This document shows positions 30,766 to 39,225 of a DNA stretch of 64,000 nucleotides, piece by piece; position 1 is the stretch's first letter; each line of letters begins with the position of its first letter. Both the position numbers and the translations under genes were made by a program. The stretch comes from Opitutales bacterium. GTDB lineage: Bacteria > Verrucomicrobiota > Verrucomicrobiia > Opitutales > Opitutaceae. The stretch spans positions 2,518 to 66,517 of the forward strand of contig JBBRBC010000012.1 of the NCBI GenBank assembly GCA_038206205.1, given 5' to 3'. Under the pieces are notes generated by a model that ran no database searches, had not been told where the DNA came from, and saw only the letters and a list, made by a program, of their open reading frames with translations.

Positions 30766-31851
30766 TTACAACATCAGCTCTGCCGGAGTGGGTGGGGTTT
30801 GCTGTTCGATATGCTGCCGGATCGTAATGAGATTTTCGCGCACGAGTGCGCCCATGGATTCGCAGCGCAGGTAGCGGTCCGAGCTGAAATGTTGTGCGAG
30901 GCCTTCGCGGAGTTGAATGACGTGGGCTTCGGGTGCGATGGGATCGAGCATCATGGCGTCGAGCACGAGTTTGAGTCGGGAGGCGGAGAGATCGGCGCGC
31001 TGGAGCATGAGCGCCTGTTCTTCGCGTTGGTATTGATAAGCTGATTGGGGATTGAGCAATCGCTGGCAGAATTTTACCACGGCCGCGTTCTCGGTAAAGA
31101 ACTGGGGCAGATAAAAGTTTTTCTTACCGAAGTAAGTCTGCTGGTCAAAATCCATGGCGCGAATACGAATCTGCCAGCCCTCGAAATCCGGCGTGAGTAC
31201 GACCACGTAATTGTAGCTGCGCATATCGCCGAGCAGGCGGATGAAGCAGCGTTCGTTGAACTTGACGAGTTCCTTGGCGATGCGGATGGGTTTGAGATCG
31301 TGGTTTTCCAGCCAGCGTTCGCTAAAAATATCTCCGGGGACGCCGGCGATGTGTTCCTCAACCAGCGTATCGCCGTGCGTGAGATAGTTGAGGCGGTTGG
31401 GGGACAGCAGATGTTCCAGCTCGAGACCATAGAGACGGGAGGCATCGGCTTTTTTGATATAGAAATAATCCTGATTTTCGTTGTAGGCATTCACGATCCG
31501 GATGCGGAAGGGCATCGAGTTGCCGAAACTGCAAAAATCCACGCGATCAATATAGAGATGGCGTACGACCGAGAGATCCCCGTCGACTTTCAGCAACGCA
31601 TAGACGCGTTTTAAGTTTTCGTTGAGCTCGTGGATCTCGAAGGAATCGTAGATGACGGAGTCCCAGAGCGTGGGTTTCCCATCGGTGCCGGTGAGAGGAA
31701 TGGTGTCCTTGAAGGCGCGCAGTTTTTCGTAGGTGATGGGCAGCTCACGCTCGCGCCGGTAGCGGTTCAGGTATTCGCGTAACAGCCCTGAGATCGGGTA
31801 ACTGGGTTTTTTGCGGGTACGAAACCCGGGGAGATCGTGAGCCTGATCCAT
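30766..31851 (-). CDS. Hypothetical protein with protein-kinase-like motifs
   Basis: 361 aa, soluble. It has a hinge-like LVEEHIAGVP, a catalytic-loop-like GDMRSYNYVV (D-x4-N) and a DFG-like IRAMDFDQ. I recognise no named family. Confidence 0.6.
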   Translation of the reverse strand: MDQAHDLPGFRTRKKPSYPISGLLREYLNRYRRERELPITYEKLRAFKDTIPLTGTDGKPTLWDSVIYDSFEIHELNENLKRVYALLKVDGDLSVVRHLYIDRVDFCSFGNSMPFRIRIVNAYNENQDYFYIKKADASRLYGLELEHLLSPNRLNYLTHGDTLVEEHIAGVPGDIFSERWLENHDLKPIRIAKELVKFNERCFIRLLGDMRSYNYVVVLTPDFEGWQIRIRAMDFDQQTYFGKKNFYLPQFFTENAAVVKFCQRLLNPQSAYQYQREEQALMLQRADLSASRLKLVLDAMMLDPIAPEAHVIQLREGLAQHFSSDRYLRCESMGALVRENLITIRQHIEQQTPPTPAELML

Positions 31852-32091
31852 GCCGACAACGTAGGCCCTGAGCGTTGCGAGGCAATGCGCGAGTCAGCGG
31901 GATCGTAAGAGAAAGATTATTCGCGAGTGAACGCGAAGGGCCGCGACTGAAAGACCGGCAATCGAGGCTCGTGCTAGTGACTGACGTGGGGTGGAACGGA
32001 TTAACCCGAATGCGTTAGCCTGGCCAGAGGTGACATTTAGCGTTTGAGGTCAAGCCGCTCAAATTTAGGTCGTGCGACTGCTTGGCGAGTT

Positions 32092-32991
32092 TCAACGGCA
32101 GACTGCACGCAGCAATCGTTCGCACAACGCCACGAGCCGCGCACGCAACGGCTGGCTGCGCTCCGCAAAACTGCGCTGATGAATCTCGTATTCGACGCGG
32201 CCTTCGGGGGTTTCGATTTTGATCGGAGCGTAGTTGAGTTTGGCGAGATCGTACGGACTCGCCCGCATGTCGATCTCGCGGATGTCGCGGGCGAGAGCGA
32301 AGCAGTCGCCGATCAACTCGCTCGGCGTGAATGGCGCGAGTTTGAAGGCCCATTTGTAGAGATCCATGTTGGCGTGCAGGCAGCCGCGCTGCTCGAACTG
32401 CGCCGTGGTGGCGCGCTCGGGTTGCAATCGGTTGAGCGGACGCGCGGGTGGCGTGAAAAAACGAAACGCATCGAAATGCGAACAGCGGATGGGTTGGGCT
32501 TCGACGATGCGCGCGATCTCGTCGGGTGCGAAGCGCAGTGGCAAACGGTCGTGGCGGATTTCGTCCGGCGTCTGCCGGTAAACCATCGCCCACTCATGCA
32601 GGCCGAAGCACGCGAATTGCGGCGGACGTTCGGCAGTGGTCCGCAGGAGATGCAAAATCCACGCGAGACTGTCGCGGCGTTTCGGATCGAACGCCGCAGG
32701 GTTGAGGGCGACACCCTTGTTGGTCGCGTAATATTCCGGCCAGCGCAGAAATTCGCGGGCGGCCTCGCCGAGCAACACGACATCCGGGCCGGGGTGCCAG
32801 CGCTTCAGCCAGCTCGGCCGGAAGCGGTAATATTCAAAAAGAAAATCCTCCACCGGATGTTTTTCGCTGCGGGTCGCGCGTTGTTGATGCGGATCGGTCC
32901 ACGCACAGATGCGTTGCTCATGCGCCGCGCGGCGTGGTTGCCAGTCGGATTCAGCGAGGAGCAGGAAAGAGGCGGTGCCTGATCCACTCAC
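32092..32991 (-). CDS. Conserved protein of unknown function (relatives sometimes labelled 3-methyladenine DNA glycosylase; from memory, unverified)
   Basis: Conserved-looking core FLFEYYRFRPSWLKRWHPG ... CFGLHEWAMVY ... CLHANMDLYKWA. The GTG at 32991 overlaps the vapC stop (GTGA). The longer ORF-track N-terminus overlaps vapC and is Arg/Pro-rich. Confidence 0.6.
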   Translation of the reverse strand: MSGSGTASFLLLAESDWQPRRAAHEQRICAWTDPHQQRATRSEKHPVEDFLFEYYRFRPSWLKRWHPGPDVVLLGEAAREFLRWPEYYATNKGVALNPAAFDPKRRDSLAWILHLLRTTAERPPQFACFGLHEWAMVYRQTPDEIRHDRLPLRFAPDEIARIVEAQPIRCSHFDAFRFFTPPARPLNRLQPERATTAQFEQRGCLHANMDLYKWAFKLAPFTPSELIGDCFALARDIREIDMRASPYDLAKLNYAPIKIETPEGRVEYEIHQRSFAERSQPLRARLVALCERLLRAVCR

Positions 32992-33386
32992 GGCTGCCAG
33001 ATTTTGAGTTGTTTGAAGAAATCCCGCAGGTAACCGCGATCCCGGACGAGTAAACGGTCGGCATGAAACTGCGCGTGCGCGGCGATCAGAAAATCCGGCA
33101 CAATCCGGCCGCCTTTGCCACCTCTGGTCAGAGAAGAGGCAAACAGCCGGCCGGCGAGTCGGGCGCTGTCGGCGGTGGAAGGTTCGAAGCGAATATTCCA
33201 ATCGCGGAGAAATTCATCCAGGTGCCGCTCGCCGATGACCGGAGAAATTTCCGCGAGGACACATTCACCAATCACCAAGCTGCCTTCCTTGGCGGCAATA
33301 CGCAGGGCCGCTTCGGAGGCATCCGCCCACTTGGGATCGTCGGTCACGACATCCAGCAGGATGGAACTGTCAATCGCGGTGACCAT
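32988..33386 (-). CDS. vapC: PIN-domain ribonuclease toxin VapC
   Basis: MVTAIDSSILLDV... with acidic PIN residues, 132 aa, overlapping the upstream antitoxin gene. Confidence 0.85.
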   Translation of the reverse strand: MVTAIDSSILLDVVTDDPKWADASEAALRIAAKEGSLVIGECVLAEISPVIGERHLDEFLRDWNIRFEPSTADSARLAGRLFASSLTRGGKGGRIVPDFLIAAHAQFHADRLLVRDRGYLRDFFKQLKIWQP

Positions 33387-33603
33387 CGCGAACCTTTTTT
33401 AGATAACCATCGACGTTGAGCTTGCCTGGCAGGCGGCCGTGCCCGCGCCATTTGGTGAGGTGATCCGTTGTTTCCGTCTTGGTGGCGACCAAGCGACCGT
33501 TCTCAGCCGCAAAAGTGAGGCGGGTGCCCGGACGAATCCCGAGTTTGGTCCGGACTCCCTTGGGAATCGTAACCTGGCCTTTTTCGGTGACGGCAAAAGT
33601 CAT
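33370..33603 (-). CDS. vapB: AbrB/SpoVT-type antitoxin VapB
   Basis: MTFAVTEKGQVTIPKGVRTKLGIRPG is an AbrB/MazE swapped-hairpin motif. An alternative start is at 33624. Confidence 0.8.
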   Translation of the reverse strand: MTFAVTEKGQVTIPKGVRTKLGIRPGTRLTFAAENGRLVATKTETTDHLTKWRGHGRLPGKLNVDGYLKKVRDGHRD

Positions 33604-33923
33604 ACTTTCTGGATAATGAGTCATACTTTGTCGGCAAGGGCAAAGACGGTGTCACCGAGATTGGGAGTAGCGGCAGGGGTCCCGGCCTGCCGGAGTAGCC
33701 GTACTTGCGCCGAAAGTGAAAGTGCGGTGCTTGCGCGCTTGTGGCTCCATTTTCGGGCTGCGCCCTCTGATGCGGCTACCAGGGGCCAAGTGGAAGTTCA
33801 GGTTTTTCACTATGGCAGGTCGCACGCTCGTCGCGCTATTCTGCTGGCCAGCAGAACGAGGCAAGCTCGCAACCTACAGATTCTGCAATCCCGTCGCACC
33901 ACAGTTTTAAGGGGGGGGGCCTC

Positions 33924-34895
33924 TCACGCCTTCATCAACAGCCGACGCACGCCTTCGATGGGCGAGGTGGTGATGAAGTTCAACTCCACCGGCCAGGCCA
34001 GCTTTTCGGCGAGCGAGCGCAGCGCGAAGTTGCCGGCCGTGCTGTTTAAAATCCGTCCGCTGACACCGCAGGGAATTTTTCCGGTGGGTTGCGGGAAATA
34101 TTTATGGATCACCGTATCGGCCAACCGGGCCAGATCCGTGATCGAATCGGCCACGACTTGCTGAGCCGGTCCGCAATTTTCTTCAGCGAGCGCGAGGACA
34201 CGTGGCGCGAAAGAGGCGATCGTGGCGTTCGCGGAGGAATCGGTGTAGAAGTAGCGTGAGTTGGCGGCGTAATCCATCAGGCCCGTATGATTGACCAAGG
34301 CTTCGGCGAGAGGGGATGGTCGGGTATCGGCCATCAGGTTCGTCGCTTGCAGTTCGAGCAGGGCGAGGGCGAGCGCGCGGCGGCCAAGATCGAAGCCGCT
34401 GCCCGGATCGCCGAATTTCCAGCCGAGCCCGCCGGTGTAATGGATCAAGCCATCCAGCGCACGCGTGATGACAAAAGAGCCCGTGCCCGCATGCAGCACG
34501 AGTCCGGGGGCGCCGGCCGTCGCGAGCTCCAGCACGGGCGCAGAATCGGCGGTGGTGTGGACGGTGCCGTAGCCTGTGAGTGAAGCCGCGACTTCCGACC
34601 AGAATGGCGGACTCCCCGCCATGCAGAGGAGTGTGCGGCAGATTTTCGATGGGAGATTGGATGTCGCTCCGCTCGGTAATTCGATTTTGGTTTGGGCCAG
34701 CAGCGCAGCGAGGCCCTCGGTGAGAATCGTGCGTGCTTGTTCTGGACCAATTTGGCTGGGGTTGGAGCCGGTTGTGAGCTGCCGGGCCACGATCTCGCCG
34801 GTCGAATCGACGAGAATCAGTTCGGTCTTAGTGCCGCCACCATCGACGCCGATCTTGTATGAATTGAGATTAGCCACGGAAGACACGGAATACAC
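33924..34895 (-). CDS. BadF/BadG/BcrA/BcrD-type ATPase (N-acetylglucosamine kinase-like)
   Basis: KIGVDGGGTKTELILVD phosphate-1 motif and LHAGTGSF. ASKHA-fold sugar kinase family. Confidence 0.75.
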   Translation of the reverse strand: MYSVSSVANLNSYKIGVDGGGTKTELILVDSTGEIVARQLTTGSNPSQIGPEQARTILTEGLAALLAQTKIELPSGATSNLPSKICRTLLCMAGSPPFWSEVAASLTGYGTVHTTADSAPVLELATAGAPGLVLHAGTGSFVITRALDGLIHYTGGLGWKFGDPGSGFDLGRRALALALLELQATNLMADTRPSPLAEALVNHTGLMDYAANSRYFYTDSSANATIASFAPRVLALAEENCGPAQQVVADSITDLARLADTVIHKYFPQPTGKIPCGVSGRILNSTAGNFALRSLAEKLAWPVELNFITTSPIEGVRRLLMKA

Positions 34896-35139
34896 AGAAG
34901 AAAGGTGGAAGGAATTCTTTTCGGCGCGGGCGGTGAGCCCGGGGTGCGTGACCGGAAAGTAACCTCCTCAGGGCAAGTTGTGTGTGGACTGATATAACAT
35001 AATCCAATGCTCCCTCTGAAAAGCTCGAAAACTGGTTACTTTCCGGTCTCACACCCGTGAGCCCGTCTGGCTGTTGCACGGTGATTACATGAGATGCAAC
35101 CGAGCTTGCGGCTAAGAGTTCGGTGGGTAGGGTTGGGCC

Positions 35140-35358
35140 ATGACGGAAATTATTTTCGAAGTGCAGGAAGACAAGGTCGATGGAGGCTTCGTCGCTTCAG
35201 CGCTCGGGCCGTCGATTCACACCCAGGGCGAAACGCTCGAAGAGTTGCGGGAGATGGTGCGCGACGCCGTGCAATGTCACTATGGCGACAGTCAGGCGGG
35301 CGAGAAACCCAAGATGATCCGGCTGCACTTCGTGCGCGACGAAGTTTTGTCGGTGTGA
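35140..35358 (+). CDS. hicB: HicB-family antitoxin (small, no DNA-binding extension)
   Basis: MTEIIFEVQEDKVDGGFVASALGPSIHTQGETLEELREMVRDAVQCHYG ... IRLHFVRDEV matches the short HicB-like family. Confidence 0.75.
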   Translation: MTEIIFEVQEDKVDGGFVASALGPSIHTQGETLEELREMVRDAVQCHYGDSQAGEKPKMIRLHFVRDEVLSV

Positions 35359-35600
35359 AAATCCCCGCGATCTTGTAGCCGGTGAACTTGCGAAGGCTCT
35401 GCGTTGGCTCGGCTACGAGCGCGTGCGGCAGGAAGGAAGGTTCGCACATCCGCTTCACGACTGCGGTCAACGGCACGCATCATATCACTGTGCCGAATCA
35501 CCGCCCGATCAAAACCGGCACGCTGCACGGTATTCTCAAAAGCATCGCCGCCCACCACAAGTTGACGGTCGAAGAGCTGATCCGGAAGGTGGGATTGTAA
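35355..35600 (+). pseudogene. hicA: HicA-family toxin disrupted by two frameshifts
   Basis: The HicA-like sequence is split over two frames: VKIP (frame A), RDLVAGELAKALRWLGYERVRQEG (frame B), then GSHIRFTTAVNGTHHITVPNHRPIKTGTLHGILKSIAAH (frame A). This fits a 1-nt loss in the C-run at 35363-35366 and a 4-nt AAGG tandem duplication near 35434-35441. Confidence 0.65.
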
Positions 35601-35646
35601 TCAAGGTCCGGATTGACCGCGGATGGCACCCGGCTAGATTGCGGCC

Positions 35647-35859
35647 ATGAGTCTCGCCCAGTTCCCCGAGCTTGCCAAACTGCCCAAGCGCCAACGCATG
35701 AAACTGGCGGAGGTGTTGTGGTTTTCCGGCGACAACGACAAACTACCGGCCAGCCCATTGCATAAGAAAATCTTGGATGAACGCTGGACGTCGTATCGCA
35801 GCGGTAAGATCAAGCGGATTAGTCTGCCGGAGCTGGAGCAACGCCTCGTCCGTTCGTGA
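35647..35859 (+). CDS. Putative addiction-module antitoxin component (orphan)
   Basis: 70 aa. LPKRQRMKLAEVLWFS ... ILDERWTSYRSG resembles the small 'putative addiction module component' family that normally precedes a RelE/ParE toxin. No toxin-like ORF follows. Confidence 0.55.
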   Translation: MSLAQFPELAKLPKRQRMKLAEVLWFSGDNDKLPASPLHKKILDERWTSYRSGKIKRISLPELEQRLVRS

Positions 35860-36106
35860 ATCCGTCGGGTGATCATTTGTCGAACTTACTTTGCGGTCTA
35901 TTTTGCGAATGTGTCGTCTCGGCTGCTTGTCAAAAGTCGAGACCTGACGTCTTCGGCTTACTTGCGACGTCTTCGGTTTTCTGTCTGGTGGGTTCGGCGG
36001 TCTCATCATTCTCCGCTTACTTTCTTTTTTTGCTTCGCTTTGTGCTCCCTATAAGCGCCGACGAATGAAATCCAGGAAACCATCAATGGGAACCAGACAT
36101 TGATAC

Positions 36107-36442
36107 TTATGATCGCCTTGAGGAAGCGGCTGACGACATGCTCACCGTATCGACCACCTTCGCCAGGGCCTCGCCGGCTTTCTTGCCGTCTTGCGAGATA
36201 GTGCCTGAAAAGACCGACATTATGTTCTCGTAGTTCCTTTTCTGCTCAGGCGTCAATTGGGTCGGATCGACCTGTAATAGCACAGCTCGCATTAGTATGA
36301 TGTCAGCAGGGCGATAGGTATATTCTACATTTCCTCCGGCACTCGAGATTTCACCTAGGATTTCTTTCTTCTTTTTGTCGAGAGTCTCGGTGAAATTCGA
36401 GATCGCAATCACAAGGGTCAGCAGAGCAAGGAGTAGTTTCAT
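36107..36442 (-). CDS. Small secreted hypothetical protein (low-GC islet)
   Basis: 111 aa with signal peptide MKLLLALLTLVIAISNF. Local composition is clearly more AT-rich than the flanks. Confidence 0.5.
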   Translation of the reverse strand: MKLLLALLTLVIAISNFTETLDKKKKEILGEISSAGGNVEYTYRPADIILMRAVLLQVDPTQLTPEQKRNYENIMSVFSGTISQDGKKAGEALAKVVDTVSMSSAASSRRS

Positions 36443-36647
36443 AAAAGGTTTGCCGAACGCCTCAGATCAGCCACGCCCGCCGGGCGGGCGAGCCGTCTTT
36501 TTGAATGACAGGGCCATGTGGAGCGGAAGCATCATCGACGATTCAGGTGAGATTAAGGGTGTTGCGCTGTGGCTGGGATCGGGCCGTTGTCGCCGATGAT
36601 GGGGTAAAGCAAATGGTAATCCGCATCTCTCGAAACGGATAATTGGC

Positions 36648-37376
36648 TCACGCTAGCTGGCGGCTCAGGCGGCCTTTGTATTTTTTGCCGAGCTCGCGGT
36701 TGTGTTCGATGGCGTTGGGCATGTTTTGGCTGCGAAGAATGGGGAGATGATGGCCGTTGGTTTTCAACCATTCGATGGTTTCGAGCATCAGCAGATTCAG
36801 CAGTGTGGTGCCGATCAGGGTTGAGGTGGGGCCGGCGTTGATGGTGTCGGTCACGGGGGTGATGGCGTCGCCAGGAAGTCCCAGATTATCGAGCGTGTTG
36901 TCGGCGATCTCGTGGAGCTTCTTGCCGCTGGGATGGACGGTGGCGGCGATCTTCGCCATCTCGACGCTGGTGAGGGCGATCACGTTCATGCCTTTTTGCT
37001 TCGCGTAGAGCGCGACCTCGATGGGCGAGGAATTTTTTCCGGAGTTGGAAATCACGATGATCGTTTCGCCGGCAAGCAGGCCGTGGGCGCGATCATAGCG
37101 TTCCGCGAGTTTGGTGCCGTAGCCGACGAGGTTTTCGATGAAGCCACCAGTGGCGTCGTAGATGCCGCTGACGCAGACGAGACCGCCGGCGCGGCCGATG
37201 ATCTCGCGGCCGATGACATCGCTGTGGCCGCTGCCGAAAGTGTGGATCACGCCGCCGTTGGCGACGGACTGGCCGAGGATCACGCCGAGTTTTTTAATCG
37301 TGGCAGCGTTGGTGTCACGCGCGCGGGCGAGGAGGGCGGTGGCGGTGGCGTAGTAGGTGTCGGCGAGGGAGGGCAT
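36648..37376 (-). CDS. SIS (sugar isomerase) domain protein
   Basis: VIHTFGSGHSDVIGRE ... VISNSGKNSSPIE are SIS phosphosugar-binding motifs. 242 aa. Confidence 0.8.
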   Translation of the reverse strand: MPSLADTYYATATALLARARDTNAATIKKLGVILGQSVANGGVIHTFGSGHSDVIGREIIGRAGGLVCVSGIYDATGGFIENLVGYGTKLAERYDRAHGLLAGETIIVISNSGKNSSPIEVALYAKQKGMNVIALTSVEMAKIAATVHPSGKKLHEIADNTLDNLGLPGDAITPVTDTINAGPTSTLIGTTLLNLLMLETIEWLKTNGHHLPILRSQNMPNAIEHNRELGKKYKGRLSRQLA

Positions 37377-37385
37377 GGGTGCGGA

Positions 37386-37427
37386 AAAGTTGAGAGTCTA
37401 GAGCTGAGAGTGGAGAGCCAGAAAAGC
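37386..37427 (-). repeat. Heptanucleotide-periodic array (CTCT-NNN type) abutting the SIS gene start
   Basis: Sense strand reads GCTTTTC TGGCTCT CCACTCT CAGCTCT AGACTCT CAACTTT, then TCCGCACCC-ATG (37376). Confidence 0.8.
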
Positions 37428-37616
37428 AAGGCCGGTAGATCTTGGCTAGTAGCGAAGGAGATCTTGAGGGTGGCACGCATTGACCTCAAGGCGTAGGTCA
37501 GGGGCGAGCGAGAGAAGCGTCTTTAGGTCAACGCTCCACCTCGAGGTGGCTGGGACCAGGCGCTACGTTGCGAGGCAAGCTCGCAACCTACATTGTTGGC
37601 ACTTGTCCGTAGGACA

Positions 37617-38654
37617 TCAGTGAGAGAACGAGATTCCGACGGAGCCAAACACATCGCGCTGGGGTTGCCCGTAAAATTCTTTGGTGCGGTAATTCTGGGT
37701 GTAGGCGATCTGGAAACTCGGCCAGCTGAGAACAAAGCCAAGACTGAGATCGGCCACGACCGGACGTTTGGCAATCGAGGGACTGTCGCGCCAGGTGTTA
37801 CCATCCAGAAAAATATCGCGGGCGATTATGCGGGTTTCGCCACTGGCGTAGATTTGGGCCGAGAAACGCCGGGGCACGCCACCGTTGGGGGTGCTGCCTC
37901 CGGTGGGACGAATCAGGTCCGCGCCGAAATCGGCGGGCAGCCGCCAGCCCAGCCGCACCACCACACCACCGGCCACATGAGTGGCGACGTTACCGATGGT
38001 CACGCGATGCCGGAGGATCAGATCGCAGCCGAAGGGTGTGGCCGCGGCGGGAGCAAATTGCCAGGTGCGGTAGCGTCGCTCCCAGGAAATTTGCAGGCCG
38101 GGCTCATCGTGCAGTTGGTTGTCCCAGCCTTTCGCGTGCGGTACATTGATGACATCGTGCCAGGAGTTTTGGACGGCTTCGCCCATGGCCGAGGGACCGA
38201 CGACGCCGGCGGAAATTTCGATCAGCCGAAGCTGATTGTCCAATTGGGCCTGCAGGAGGATCGAGCCATAGAGCCAACCGGCGTAGGGTCGGTCGTTTGG
38301 TTGGAGTGCGGTGGTGCTCGTGTCGGTCGGGGTATAGATATTGTGGCCCAGTGCGAAGCCGACTTTGTAACGCCAGTCCTTGTTTTGCTGATCCATCCAA
38401 GGTAGCAGGCGGGTGACGAGCTGCACAAAATCCGCTGATTGGTTCAGATCGGTTTCGCCCAGCCAAGTCAGCTTGAAGCCGTTGGTGTAATGTCGGTCGG
38501 TACCGGCGAAATACTTGTCGTTTTCGCTGATCAGTGTGAGCGTGTAGTGCTCGATTTTCAGCTCAGGCAGCTCGGCGCGCAGAGCTGCGGCTGCTGGAGC
38601 CAGCAAGACCGCCAGCAGAAGGCAACGCATGCAGCGGGAAATACTCATACTCAT
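37617..38654 (-). CDS. LpxR-family (DUF2219) outer-membrane lipid A deacylase-like protein
   Basis: Signal peptide, then SENDKYFAGTDRHYTNGFKLTW, the LpxR/DUF2219 signature. The start overlaps the ridA stop (ATGA). Confidence 0.75.
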   Translation of the reverse strand: MSMSISRCMRCLLLAVLLAPAAAALRAELPELKIEHYTLTLISENDKYFAGTDRHYTNGFKLTWLGETDLNQSADFVQLVTRLLPWMDQQNKDWRYKVGFALGHNIYTPTDTSTTALQPNDRPYAGWLYGSILLQAQLDNQLRLIEISAGVVGPSAMGEAVQNSWHDVINVPHAKGWDNQLHDEPGLQISWERRYRTWQFAPAAATPFGCDLILRHRVTIGNVATHVAGGVVVRLGWRLPADFGADLIRPTGGSTPNGGVPRRFSAQIYASGETRIIARDIFLDGNTWRDSPSIAKRPVVADLSLGFVLSWPSFQIAYTQNYRTKEFYGQPQRDVFGSVGISFSH

Positions 38655-39028
38655 GCTCGGTAAGCAATGACCTCGATCTCGACGCGGGCGTCGAGCGGAA
38701 GCTTGGCAACCTGCACGGTGGAGCGCGCGGGTTTGTGCGGCGCGAAAGCGGCTTCGTAGAGCGCGTTCATCTTGGGGAAATCCGCCATGTCTTTCAGGAA
38801 CACCGTGGATTTCACCACCTGCTGCAGCGTGACGCCACCGGCCGAGAGGACGGCTGCGATGTTGGCGAGCACTTGGCTGGTTTGGGTTTCGATGTCGTCA
38901 GCCACGAGTTTGCCGGTCTTGGGATCGAGGGGAATCTGGCCGGAAGTGTAGAGGAGATGGCCGGCGGTGACGGCGTGCGAGTAAGGGCCGATGGCGGCCG
39001 GAGCGTCGGGAGCGGTGATGATTTTCAT
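38651..39028 (-). CDS. ridA: RidA/YjgF-family reactive intermediate deaminase
   Basis: APAAIGPYSHAV ... SGQIPLDP ... ARSTVQVAKLP ... VEIEVIA, typical RidA, 125 aa. Confidence 0.92.
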   Translation of the reverse strand: MKIITAPDAPAAIGPYSHAVTAGHLLYTSGQIPLDPKTGKLVADDIETQTSQVLANIAAVLSAGGVTLQQVVKSTVFLKDMADFPKMNALYEAAFAPHKPARSTVQVAKLPLDARVEIEVIAYRA

Positions 39029-39029
39029 A

Positions 39030-39078
39030 TTGGAAATTGGGTCTGGGTGCTGGGATCTGGGATTTCAGAGCTGGATTA
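39030..39078 (-). repeat. Heptanucleotide-periodic array (CCCA-NNN on the sense strand) abutting the ridA start
   Basis: Plus strand reads TTGGAAA TTGGGTC TGGGTGC TGGGATC TGGGATT TCAGAGC TGGATTA. It begins 1 nt from the ridA ATG (39028). Confidence 0.8.
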
Positions 39079-39099
39079 ACAAGAATGATGCCGTCAAGT

Positions 39100-39216
39100 G
39101 CGAGAGTTGAGAGACCAGAGCCAAACCATGCCGTGAATACGGCGTTCCGCGACAAAACCACGCGCACCAGTTTTGAAGATCGGGCTCTCAGCGCTCGACT
39201 CTGGACTCTCGACTTC
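39100..39216. repeat. Two opposed heptamer arrays (GCGAGAG TTGAGAG ACCAGAG; GGGCTCT CAGCGCT CGACTCT GGACTCT CGACTTC)
   Basis: Arrays at 39100-39120 and 39182-39216, of opposite polarity, in the ridA-methyltransferase intergenic region. Confidence 0.75.
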
Positions 39217-39225
39217 ATCGTTGGC

